Below are positions 36,803-48,786 of a stretch of 64,000 nt of DNA, piece after piece (the stretch's first letter is position 1; every line of letters begins with the position of its first letter). This DNA is from Chrysomallon squamiferum. Taxonomy: Eukaryota > Animalia > Mollusca. Made by a program: the position numbers and the translations under genes. The stretch is taken from the NCBI GenBank assembly GCA_012295275.1, contig CM022679.1:16616001-16680000 (forward strand), given 5' to 3'. A model generated the notes under the pieces. The model had not been told where the DNA came from and searched no databases. It was given only the letters and a program-made list of their open reading frames with translations.

Positions 36803-38434
36803 AGATAGACATTATATAAGATACAAACATTATTGAATTCAAGAAAACAGTTGTGTTGAGTCTTAACTGAAAGTGTCAACATTTGAACAGGAATCCTGTT
36901 TGTGTGTCATGACATGGCATGGATATTCATATTCAATGACTCAGAGACTGTCCTGTGGCAGAGTTGGGGAAGGGTGCTTTTTAAATGTTTAGAACATGTG
37001 TTTTCAAACATTTAGTTGTATTGTTTTGTTTTTGTTTTTTTTCTATTATACTATATTTATACAGTAGATACATAAATTACATAATATTACAACCAGCATT
37101 TACAGTCATGAACTTTCAGTCTCATATACATGTATACAGTATTGGAATGCATACTATTGCTGTGAACTTGTGATCTAACTGAACTAAATTAGAATTCTGG
37201 TATTTTTGCATACAAAAAAAAGGTTGTTTTGCTACATTAATATTATGATTTTCTTGTCAGTGCCATTAAATTTCTTTCATGATTTTTTGATTTGATATAG
37301 ATATTTTTATTTTAACATTGATTAAATGCAAGTTAAATCAGATGCTCTAGAGGCTGGGTAGAAAACCTTTTATTTGGCTATATCTAAAGTCAGTGGAAAG
37401 TAAATTTGCTGTCTATGCAAAACTGATAAACCTCTTGCTGTGTTAGGAAAAAGTGGCAAGTAGCATTACACCAATGATTCAGAAAGTAAAAGAACTAGTT
37501 AGGTTTCTGACAACATTATGTAAGGTAAATGGTTTGATACCTTTCATTATTTGAGCTGAAACACTAAATTGATAATAGATAGTTCGTGTGCAGTTCACTA
37601 TAATTGTGACTGGGTTAACCTAGCCTGACTCTTGGAGAAACATTTTGTAGATCACCATGATACTGAGACATGAATACCATCATGGAATTTGTTTGAAATC
37701 TTTTACTTTGAAATAAATCACAAAAAACTATTGAAATAGAGCCATGACATCTTTCAGTCTGATAAACAGCATATTGACAAATTCAGCTTTCTTTTTTTTC
37801 TTTATTTTAATGGTTAATTAGAAAGAAAAATAATCTAGAAAATAATAAGACTTCCTGGTTAGATGAATTAATTAATATGAATGCTTTTAGGGTTTCACCT
37901 GAATATTACACCTTAACTTCAGTTGCCAGTGTACCATTAGATAGTAATAACATTTGGTTGAAGGTCATAGGTGTTCCTTATAACTTAGCATAAATTGGAA
38001 AATAATCTGTTTTAAAATCATTATACCCAGAATATATTGGATTTCAATCAACTGTTGTTATCTTCTGTCAAAAACTTGATATAATTGCCAAAAGTTTCTT
38101 CATATTGTTTTATAACTTTATTATAACAAAAAAAAAAAAACATTAAATTAAATTGGAGCAGTTTTTCTTGTTGAGATTGTTTGAATTGCATCTGTCAGTT
38201 TATTTCTGTTCTATACATTTCACAATAAATTATTAAAAATAAGTGAATACTGTTTCATATTCATTTGTTTTAAATTTTTTGAAAAAAACCCAGAAACGTA
38301 ATTTTTTTATAATTATTCCTACACTTGTTATAAAAGTTTCTTTTGGATGATTAATTTGCATACCTTCCAGTACTTCATTTTGTCATTTTAGATTGTTTTA
38401 AATATTACTTTCAGATATTATTTCTTATTTTATT

Positions 38435-38478
<44 letters not shown>

Positions 38479-40659
38479 GTATGTATGAAACATCCAGGTG
38501 AATCTTTTGTTCTTACATTTTAGTTAACTTTGCATGCTTCCACTACTTCACTTTGTCATTTTTATCTTTTAAATATTAATATATTTTTTGGTTAAGCTGT
38601 TTGGTGCATCAGAGTGAAGAAAGTGATAGTTGTATTGTTTTGGGAATGTCCTGAAAACATTGTTATTTATCAACACATTAACAAAGGCTTTGTAATTTGA
38701 AAATATAACTATGGGCAAAAGAAACCAACAAATTAAATTTAATTAAGTATTATTAAAGAAACCTGTAGAAAACATTTTTAATTTTGTAAAGAAGCAAATC
38801 GTTTTCATTTTCCATCAAGATGCATGTGCATATCAGTTAAAAATTAAAAATATTTCACAAATGGTTTTCTTTAATAATATTGAAAACAATTTGTTATAGA
38901 TTTTCTTCTGCCTGTAAGGCAAGTGTAGTTTAATGCTTGTAATTAATGCATTCATTTACATCATCTTTTGATTTCATATTTTTTAAGATCAAATCATTTT
39001 ATCACTTTTCACACCTCAGTTTAAACATCTATTTAATATATAAATTCAGATTTTATCTTCTTGATTTACCCTTTGTTAGGTCATTGACATTTCATTAAAA
39101 CTTCCTTGACTGTAATTGAGAGGTGATAGTAAAACAGTTTGTTTTAAAAATAACTATTTAAATTTTTGTAGTCTAGTCATATATTTTTATCATATTTCCT
39201 CTTCCCCCACCCTTTTATTATGGTGATTGTATTTATAATTTAGGTCTGAAAGTCCAAATTTAATTGTAGAATTTGATGAAAATTAATTGAATCCAACAAG
39301 GGATACTGATCAATTAATCAGTCACTGACATTTCTTTGTTCTAGTATATAAAATAATGGTGCCACTGAAGCTATGAATTTTTTAAAACTAAAATAATTTG
39401 CAAGTTGATGACTTTAAATTTATATCTCTAAATTTTGTATTACAGTTAACATGTACTCTAGTTACAAAATAGAATATTTGTTATCAAATTAAAATAGATC
39501 TGATGAAATAATATTCAAGTTTAAACATTTTATATAAAAAAAAAAATTTCTTTCAAAATTGTGGCAGCTCATTTATCTTTTTAAAAATGTGCCAGTGCCA
39601 AGATAGGCATTTGTCTAATTGTCTTTAAAATAAAATTGATTAGTATTAAATTTCAGAAGCAAGTAATTGGTTTTCTTAGAATGGTAGCTTATCCATGTGT
39701 TCAGACATGTAGATAATTGTATATATGTTTAAACAAATATATTTTTTTTTTATTACTGACTTTTTCAGTTGATTAATTTACATTTTAAATATACATAGAA
39801 AACAACACTGAACAAATCTGTGTTAATAAATAATCCATTGAACAGCATCACCGGAGCCACATTGCCATCATCATCACTTTGAGTATCAATTACATAACAG
39901 ATTTCAGACATGATTTTATATCTGCTTGTAAATACTAATAGTTACTGATTTATGGTGTCTAGGTCAAATTTAATTATTTCCTGTTAATTGTTTTGCATGA
40001 ATTATTAGTCTAGTGTAATATGCCCTGTTTAATTGAACACTGCTAACACAACCTAAAATACATGTACTCTGTAAAGAATGCAACAATATAAATTGTACAT
40101 AAAATAAAGGCAGACTTTCATATATTTATTCTTTGTTATTAATACTGGCAAGAATTGAGTAAAATCATAGAAGCATCTACAATACTAGCATTTTAGAAAA
40201 CTGTCTGATAAGTGAAGCATACTGTGAATTGTGTTATCTTACATTATTAGAACAAATACTGAATATAAATTCATCAAATTATTACTGTTTTAATTAACCA
40301 GCATCAACAACAAAATGAAATAGTGTTCAATGTTTTGCTTAAATAGTTGTTTGAATTAAGAAGATCAATAAATATTTGGAATGTTTCATTAGATTCCCAT
40401 GATATTCTAAATTGATTTCTTGGATTGTACTTGCTGGGTTTACTAGGAAAAATAAATTATTTCAGCAGGAATTCTACATACCTCAAAATACAAACAATGC
40501 ATTCACAGCAAGTCTGACTAATTCTGTGAAAAATAATTCAACAATTTTAGATGACTGATGCTTGCTCATGCTTTAAAATTCATTACATATATATTTTACA
40601 GAGAATCTGTGTAATTCCTAAAAATTTCAGAAAATGTATGTAATGTCTGATTTACTCTG

Positions 40660-41140
40660 GAAAGTGACAAAGCAAAGGCTGCAAGTAGATCAACCTCTGA
40701 TTGCAATCAACTCAAAATACCAGGAGAGCAGCTTGATGATGATGGGCCAGTGCAAAACCAGAACCCAACAATGCTGCAAATGAAGAAAACTGAATTGCAC
40801 TATGAAGACTGGAGTTCTTCTGAAACTGAACAAATTTGTGTCCAAAAGTCCAGTCAGTTTTATTTTTATCTCCTTAATCAATTAATGGCATGGTCTGCTC
40901 TTTCTTTGACCTTTGGCTCTGTGGATGGCTATGTTTTCCATGAACCAACACCAACTCTGGCCACATAACTTGCAGTTCAGTAATTACACACGTTATGAAA
41001 TTATACACATTTCCTATAACATCAGGAACCATCAGTTCATCGGTGATAAAGGACTGTCAACAGATACGTTATTTCCAAGGATTTCGTTGCAGTAACTTTG
41101 TCACTGGTTTTTTTTTGGCAAAATGGTCAGTGGTTTAATG
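40660..41140 (-). mobile_element. Decayed DDE integrase relic of KRBA2/SCAND3 (Ginger/GIN-related) type, frameshifted
   Basis: Minus-strand fragments FITCVITELQVMWPELVLVHGKHSHPQSQ / ERAD / DWTFGHKFVQFQKNSSLHSAIQFSSFAALLG / SSS..IL*LQSEVDLL resemble the KRBA2-like integrase pattern (..VITEL..WP.L..VHG.PRHPQSQGSVERAN..W..GL.FVQF.KN...H..I..SP..A.FG). Stops and frameshifts are present. Confidence 0.8.
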
Positions 41141-41162
41141 AATTGACATTCACTGGGTACCA

Positions 41163-41222
41163 TCATAGAGGTTTGATACTTCTTATGATGAAATCTTTTG
41201 TTTTAGTCAAATGTACTTGTTC
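41163..41222 (-). CDS. POLG2: POLG2 last exon (EQVHLTKTKDFIIRSIKPL*)
   Basis: ttttgtAG acceptor, phase 0; aligns with human EMMHISKLKDFLIKYI. Confidence 0.88.
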   Translation of the reverse strand, partial: EQVHLTKTKDFIIRSIKPL

Positions 41223-44200
41223 CTACAAAAATAATTTTTCAGTTTATTATTTCATAAAGAAAAAGGAAAAAAGCAATAATCAAAAATAACGATTTTTTTT
41301 TATGATTGTTTATGTTGGGTTGTTTTTTCTGTTCTTCTTTTGGGGAGGATTGGTTTATGTTTGGAAAAGTACTATCAATATTCTATTTTTCTTTTTTTTA
41401 TGACTGTACAGTCCCAGCTAAAATGATACTATTATTTAAATTTTATGAAACATTAATAATTGTGACAAAAACCTGCTTAATATAAATAAAGTGTATCTTT
41501 ATTTACTAACAATTTTAAATTAAGATTTTACAAGAAAGAATATGGAATACTAAAACAGTTCAAACCTTGATAAATGTAAAAATAAATATTAAGTAGAATA
41601 AACAAAATAAGAATAATAGACAAAATTATATCCATTAACTTACCCTAAGACCTGTATCTCTGTCTCGAAGACTGACAATTCCACTGTCTAAGGTCTTGTC
41701 GTTTAAAATTACTGTGTATGGAATTCCCAGAGCATCATTTCTAGCAAAGAATTAAATCAAAATATACACGACAAGCATTTAGGTTTCAAAAATAAAAATC
41801 TGGTCATACAAAAACTGAATTAACATATTTTTCATATTTCTTTACATAGTAACAGCAGCATTTCCCATGCCAGAAATACCACTTATCTAATTTATCAGTG
41901 ACTAATAAATGTGTTCTTTTCCACTGAAAGATGCTCATAAAAGAGCCCTTGCTGATAACTTATCAGTGTCCTACACACAAGAATTGTACATCTGACATGT
42001 ATTAACTATTAATATTAAAACGTTGATGTGTAATTGATTATACACTGATTCATTCATCCTTGCCTTGCAAACTGCATTTCCATAGTTGTATTAGCGTCTG
42101 TCAAATCGAGTGTCAACAAACTGGAGTCTTGAAGTTCATTACACCATCTACTGCTCACCAGCTTCAGCTCTCTAGATTTTATGCCAGTGACTGCTATAGC
42201 AATTTTATAGGGTGCCAAATGACGATGAAGATGAAGAATCTGCAATAAAAGAAAACAAGTTTTTTAAATGATTTCTTAACCAAACAACCATATTTAAACT
42301 GAACATAGCAGATCTTTGTGGAAAGCCCTTTTTTCTCCACTAACAAATCAGTTATTTTTATCTGATAATCAATTTAAACTTTTCATTGTACTGTCCTAAA
42401 CCGAATACATAAAGATAATTCATTTCTATCATAATTTCTTGAGTGGGAATTTTCATTTTTGATTATTTTCTCAATATCCTAAGTAATAAAAAGTAAATCT
42501 GCAAAAATAAAAATTATTATTAAGTAGCCTTTTTTTTTTTCAACCTGTCTTGGTTGTTTTTCTTTGCCACTCTTTGGTGTGGATGTCATGGACTGTTTTT
42601 CCTGGAAAGCATCAATCAGATAGACAGCCATAGCAGACTCTAGATTCATCCTACTTTCAATTAGGTTTGGCAGCACATCTTTTCTGCCTGATTTAACCTG
42701 TTAAAATACATTAGATTAATGGGTGTTAGGAAAAGCACTCTACTTATTAGCTTTTGTCCTTTCTTAAATACTGATAGAATAAATGCAGATTAAATTTTGA
42801 ACAGTCAATTCACATGTAATAGGATGCAAATGCATATGTGTTTTAAATTAGGAAGTTAATTTTACAAAAGCTGATCTTCTAATATGTAATCATTAACAAC
42901 TTACACACAGATTTGTTTTTATCTCATTTTGTTTCTCTCTCACTGGATTATCTCCTTCATTGGTTACATATTCCACAACCTCTTGTCCCCATGGAAATTT
43001 GTATTCAATGTTAGATGATATTTTGCCATTATCCTGGTTACCACTGTCTACGGTGACCAGATTGGAGGGATTTCTACAAAACTGATTTAAAATATTATAA
43101 CTGTTTCAAATGAACTATCAATGAAAATTTTAAAAATGTAAATTATGCTTCTCATATTATCCATTATTTTATAATTAATTTATTATTATTATTATTACAA
43201 TTTTTATTAAAAATAATAATGGAATATTTAAAGTCACTATCAACACACACAAACATATGTTTAAAACGTATAATGAACAACTATTACTGTTAAACTGTTT
43301 TAATAATTTCTTTATTACTTCACAGTTTACAGGACCCATTAAGCTAATAATGTTTTTAAAGCATTCTAATTTACAAACAGTTGTTATTATTAAATAATTC
43401 ACTAACTTGTTTCCACCATCGCAGTCTAAAACTCAGCCAGTTGTCAAACGCCTGAGATGAGGCAACAGGAAGACAGTAGTAATGACTGATCATTTCAGTG
43501 TGGAACAAGCTTCTATTAAAAACAGAACTATGACAGTACAAATGAGCAGCCATAATGAGTTCTTTTTATTACTGGTGTACGTTTTTATTAATAAATTTAC
43601 TGGAGACTGACTACCAAACAACAGTGCAAAATGAAAACCATTTACTGTAAAGTAGATATTTACATAAGTAACATTTAATAATGACATCAGCTTCTAAGTT
43701 CCCATTGTTGATCAAAGATGTTTCTTGCAATATATTCAAATTATTAATAACAAATTTTGTGTAGTTTGATACTAATTTCTCCACTGGTATGCTGTTATTA
43801 CAACTTGTCCTGACTAAAATTCAACCAAGATTTACCCAAACAGTAGTTTCTCCTCCCACTTATCATCATAATTTTCACTGTAGCAAAGTCCAATCTGAGC
43901 TGTAGAGAAAGGTAGCTTTCCTCCCATGAGCTGCAATGTCAGTGGAAAATATGACAGAAGATCTGTAAAAATCAAATAATGAAAACAAATATCTGCAAAA
44001 ATTAGAAGTATTTGTACAAAAAAAATATATTCCACTTCATTTATTTATTATTAAAAAGTTTTATTAAAGTCACAAATTGTTCACACTGCATGTAATCTGA
44101 CTCTTGAATAAGAAAACAGGCATATCAAGTTTAAAATAATTAACACACTTTATTGTTTAAAAAATCCCACTAATTTAAGCTGTATTCTAATTCAAATTAA

Positions 44201-45331
44201 TCTTAGATTATAGTCATATGAATTTAAAACTGAATGGTGAAACTTACCAGACTTTAAGGATTTTCGAAATGCAGTCAAATTAATTGAAGATCTGGCATTA
44301 ATAAAAATAAAAATAAAATTAATCTTCATAACAAATTTATTTTATTATTTTACTAACAAAGAATAATTATTGTAACACTGAATTTAACCATGATAATTTT
44401 TCCTACTTTTATTAAATTTTTCTTCTAAATTTATAATTTGTTAATAAATTTAAGTAATTATTTTGTTTAATGAACAGAATTCATTTGTTTTTTTGTTAAA
44501 ATGGCAATTTTTAATACTATAATTTAAATAATTTTATTAAAAATTTACATTAGTTTCCTGGTTACAAAATGCTGTTATTTATTATTTTTAACATCAATTT
44601 TTATTTTTATTTAATATTTTCATTCCTTCATTAGACAAATATAATTGTAACAGTAACTTTCATTTCCAAAGATTTTTATCTAAACTGTAGCTTCTTTGAT
44701 CCAGATATATTCATTTACACACATACACACATACACATATATATATTAATAACACACCCTTCTTTTTCAGATAATTCATGATCAGTCAGAAGAGATGGGG
44801 AGACAACTGCAGATGTCATAGGAAAAGTATTTTTCTGTTTTACCACCATATAGTCCCACCTAAAAAAATATTAGTATAATTCAAATTTTATATATTAATT
44901 TTATGAAACAATTTTAAAGCTAATTTTTAAGTTAATACAGACATAAAGTAAATTTTTATTTGTAATAATTTTAAACTCCTATTTTACTTATCTTTTCATG
45001 ACTCCATAAATGAATATTTTCATTTTAATAAAAATGTATATAGTTAAATTTTTAATGGATAAATTAATTGTCTATCAATCAAGAAAAGACTATCCATAGG
45101 AAATTAAGATTATTTATTTAGTTTCCAAAGAATATGCCAATTGTGAAATGATAAAACTCCAGACCATTCTTGTTGAAGATTTGTTCTTAAATGTGTGCCT
45201 GGAGTCCCATAGTTGTAGACTGGCCACCTCCTGCCATTCAGCACCGTAGTGTTTTCCCATACGTAACCATGGATTCGAAGTAGAGGAACTAGTCTACTAA
45301 GTAATGTCACTTGCTTTGCTTCAAGGACCAT
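41163..45331 (-). CDS. POLG2: DNA polymerase gamma accessory subunit (mitochondrial), complete, 402 aa
   Basis: Ten phase-consistent exons: 45331-45165, 44859-44758, 44291-44248, 43962-43836, 43512-43407, 43081-42905, 42697-42545, 42239-42064 (GC donor), 41740-41644, 41222-41163, total 1209 nt. Motifs LRTNLQQEWW, KLPFSTAQIGLC, WLSFRLRWWK, YKFPWG, LHRHLAPYKIA, ALGIPYTVILNDKTLDSGIVSLRDRDT match POLG2. Confidence 0.93.
41644..41740 (-). CDS. POLG2: POLG2 exon 9
   Basis: NDALGIPYTVILNDKTLDSGIVSLRDRDTGLR; GTAAGT donor. Confidence 0.93.
42064..42239 (-). CDS. POLG2: POLG2 exon 8 (GC donor)
   Basis: ILHLHRHLAPYKIAIAV...MEMQFAR; AG|GCAAGG donor. Confidence 0.9.
42545..42697 (-). CDS. POLG2: POLG2 exon 7
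   Basis: VKSGRKDVLPNLIESRMNLESAMAVYLIDAFQE.... Confidence 0.9.
42905..43081 (-). CDS. POLG2: POLG2 exon 6
   Basis: FCRNPSNL...IEYKFPWGQEVVEYVTNEGD. Confidence 0.92.
43407..43512 (-). CDS. POLG2: POLG2 exon 5
   Basis: ...SSQAFDNWLSFRLRWWKQ; 106 nt. Confidence 0.92.
43836..43962 (-). CDS. POLG2: POLG2 exon 4
   Basis: ...LMGGKLPFSTAQIGLCY...; 127 nt. Confidence 0.92.
44248..44291 (-). CDS. POLG2: POLG2 exon 3 (44 nt, SSINLTAFRKSLKS)
   Basis: gccAG/GTAAGT; supplies the required phase 2 to 1 change; aligns with human KLRENLLH. Confidence 0.85.
44758..44859 (-). CDS. POLG2: POLG2 exon 2
   Basis: WDYMVVKQKNTFPM...; tttttAG/GTGTGT. Confidence 0.88.
45165..45331 (-). CDS. POLG2: POLG2 first coding exon
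   Basis: AAGATGG start with an upstream in-frame TGA; acceptor before 45365 implies a non-coding exon 1; YGTPGTHLRTNLQQEW. Confidence 0.85.
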
Positions 45332-46029
45332 CTTAATCCTAATTTTGTCACTGGGAATTCATTTTCTGTAAAAAAGAAGAAATATTAAACACACAATATA
45401 CATGATTCAAAACAAAGAAATTCATGATAAATGAATGAATATTTAGCAACATCCCAGTCTTGGTTACTGGCTGCAAATAACTGCTAAACTTTTCTTTTTT
45501 CTTCTTTTTCCTTTTCATCAAATGCTTAGACAGGAACCCCAGTAACTCAAATAAATACTGCAGCACAATGTAGCTTCTCCACATGTCCAAAAATCTTCTC
45601 CTTCATATTTTTTCTGAAGACCAGACTGCTTGTCTTCTGGTTCAGGTAAGTGGGACAATGTTGCAGAAAAACCATTAACTGACAAAAATCATTATATTTT
45701 AATCATTAATGTATTTAATAAAGTAGTATTTAATAATTGATTCTGTGTATCCATTTGCATTTTTCTCACTGCAACTAGTGCTCATTCACTGATTTATCCA
45801 AAGATGTGTTTCAGATTTTTGGGGGTTATTGATGATGCATATGAATATGTAGCTATAAATTAATAAGAGTAACTCATTGGGTAACTCAGTTACAGAATAT
45901 TTCCCATTTAATATCATTATTATACAAATTGCAGGTTTGACATATAAAACTGTTAATATTAAAATATAATGCGTTAAACTGAAGATGAAAAGATAAAGAA
46001 CATTATAAATTAATAATACGTTTTGCTTA

Positions 46030-46570
46030 CGTGAGAGTGAATTATGGTTAAATATTTGGTGTAAGAAGAATTTTGATAATAAATAAAATGCTTATTTATA
46101 GGCAGTAAAATTATCTTGTTTAATTTTACGTTTATAGATCACACAATGTACTTGCAAATAATAAATTAAAAACTAATTTAACAACGTGACCTTCTTTGAT
46201 TCATAATCTGTCAGTAGACTCAGTTGTCCCGATTTATATTTAATTTAAAAAATAAAACAATAAATTGAATAACCTTCAACCAAATGTAAAGACATTTTAT
46301 AATGATCGTCATAAAAATGTCTTTTTCTTATAAACTACTTAAAAGCACCATTATTAACGTCCACGTGCAGGCGAACTACTGAAGAACTAGAATTCCCCTT
46401 TCTTTCTAATCTTAATTTTCATTCGATTATTTTTGTTATTCTTATTTGGTTAGCCAATGACGGCTTTCCTTACGCTTTGTCTATTTTTAGCAACTGAGGA
46501 TTACCAAAATGGTTACCACAGTATTTGTTTCCGCAATGTAATGTTACCCTAACAATAACAATTTTGTAAA
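46030..46570. promoter_or_regulatory. Putative bidirectional promoter of POLG2 and DAGLB
   Basis: Head-to-head start codons 1240 nt apart; CpG-enriched; CACGTG at 46362, AGCCAAT with CCAAT at 46454; candidate minus-strand donor (GTAAGC) at 46030. Confidence 0.65.
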
Positions 46571-46665
46571 ATGCCAGGACTTGTCGCTTTCAATCGAAGA
46601 TGGAGTATTGGTAGTGATGATCTTGTTTTTCCAAGTTTTATAGAAATTTGTATTAGATTAGCATG
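46571..46665 (+). CDS. DAGLB: DAGLB exon 1
   Basis: AAAATG...GCATG|GTAAG, 95 nt. Confidence 0.95.
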
Positions 46666-46767
46666 GTAAGATATTTTTTGACTGATGTTTATAGCTATTT
46701 TACGAAGTTATCAACATTATCGTGATTATGAGAAAAACATTATATTTTTAGTAAAAAGGATTTCAAA

Positions 46768-46804
<37 letters not shown>

Positions 46805-48613
46805 TATTAAAAATAAAATAAATGTTACTATACATAACAAGAACAATGTTAATATAATATTAGTATTTGTTATGGTATATTGTATTTGCAATATTTAAAT
46901 TGAGAATATCAAACACATACACACCCACACACATATGTATATAATTTGGACAAAATATTTTCTGACTGAAGATTAATTTAGATGAATTTTCTGAAATAAT
47001 TATCTGAAAGACAAGGGAAAAAACATAAAAACAAGAAGATAAATTATTTAAATATAAAAATGTTAACAAGCTAGAGACCGAATATATTAAAAGTAAAAAT
47101 TTTAGCAAAATTACAAGAACAATAAACAACAATATTTAAAGAAAAAAATTCCAGTTTTTAGATTATATTTGTTATTTCTTTTTAATTTTATTTAATTTTT
47201 TTTTCTTTCAGGTTGATTGCAATAGCTGTAGTCTTCCATCTTCATCAAGATGCCTTCACGTGTGAGGATGGGGACATTCTACGCACATACTACATTGGCG
47301 TGTTGACGTTGCTGTGTATTACTCTCATTGTTTCATGCCTAACACTTCACACCAGCATGCAGGGAACTATCACGAAACCTCTTCCTCGTAAAAGAATCCC
47401 ATTGTTACTATACATCAAAACTGCAGTGTTTGTTCCTGACCTCGTCTGGATGATTCTTGGAACATTCTGGGCGTTTGGTAAATCATACGGGTGTGATTAT
47501 CTAGTAGTGCTAACAGTGAGAGGGGCTGTAATTTGTGCCTGGGTGGCAATGTTTGTCACAGTTGTTGGTATTTTGATAATTTTTGATCCACTTGGAACTG
47601 CCCAACACAAGAACAAACAGGAAAGATATGTGACTTGTGGAACTGCAGACAGTTTTCAGACAAATCAAGTAACCATGGCAGCAAAAATTTGGGAGAGGAG
47701 GTAAGAAATAATTAAAAAAAAAAACCTGAAAATAAAAATTATTTTATTGCTTTTTTCTTCTAAATGTAGGCTAAATATTAGATAAAAATCCAACAAATGA
47801 AACAGAAATAAACAACAAAAAAATATGTATTCAGTAAAATAAATTAATTCAGCATTTGTCTGAGATGAAAATAGCAAATATAGTAACATGAAACAAAACA
47901 CCAGTCTCAGTAATGTTTTATGTTGCCGATAAGCATGTAAAAATGAGCTTGACAGTAAACAGAAATTGATGACTTTGATATCATGGATTGTGTTAAACTG
48001 ATTGTTTGTGAATTATCTTTACCTATAAATTTATTTAAAAATTTATTTTTCAGATGTCGTCTTTTATGCTGTTGTGTTGCCTGTGATAAAAATAATCAAA
48101 ATGCTTTCACAGATATTTCCAGATTAGTTGCTGAATTCTTTAAGGTAAAATTTCAACAAAAATATTTTAATAGTTTTTTAATTATAAACTGAAATCATAT
48201 GAGGGTTCACTAAATTCCAGTTATTTCTGACTGACCAAAATGTCTTTGTGTAATGAAACTCCTTTTATGAACTTTTGTCTAAATATTTTACTGGAGATGA
48301 TAAAGAACTTATATAATTAATTAATTTTCATCTGTATGAACCAGTCTAATAGTGTAAAGCACATCTTAAATTTCATCACAACACATTTGATAAATGTATC
48401 ATCTATATTTCTATCTATATATCTTAACTGTCTGTCTGTTTATCTATTTATATACACAGCAAATGTAAGTTTTCAAAACCAGTTAAGTGGAAGGATGCTT
48501 TTATAATACTCACCAAGGCACAATAATAATGATAATAAAATAAACATTGTATATTTTTGTGTAATTGCAGACAGTAATTCATTTACACACACACACATAC
48601 ACACATACATAGA

Positions 48614-48647
<34 letters not shown>

Positions 48648-48657
48648 TACATAGATG

Positions 48658-48705
<48 letters not shown>

Positions 48706-48755
48706 TAGATGCATATACACACACACACACACACACACACATACATAATAGATAC

Positions 48756-48786
<31 letters not shown>

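Noticed and set aside
48473-48769. Cys/Val-rich minus-strand ORFs
   Set aside because: (CA)n microsatellite artefact.
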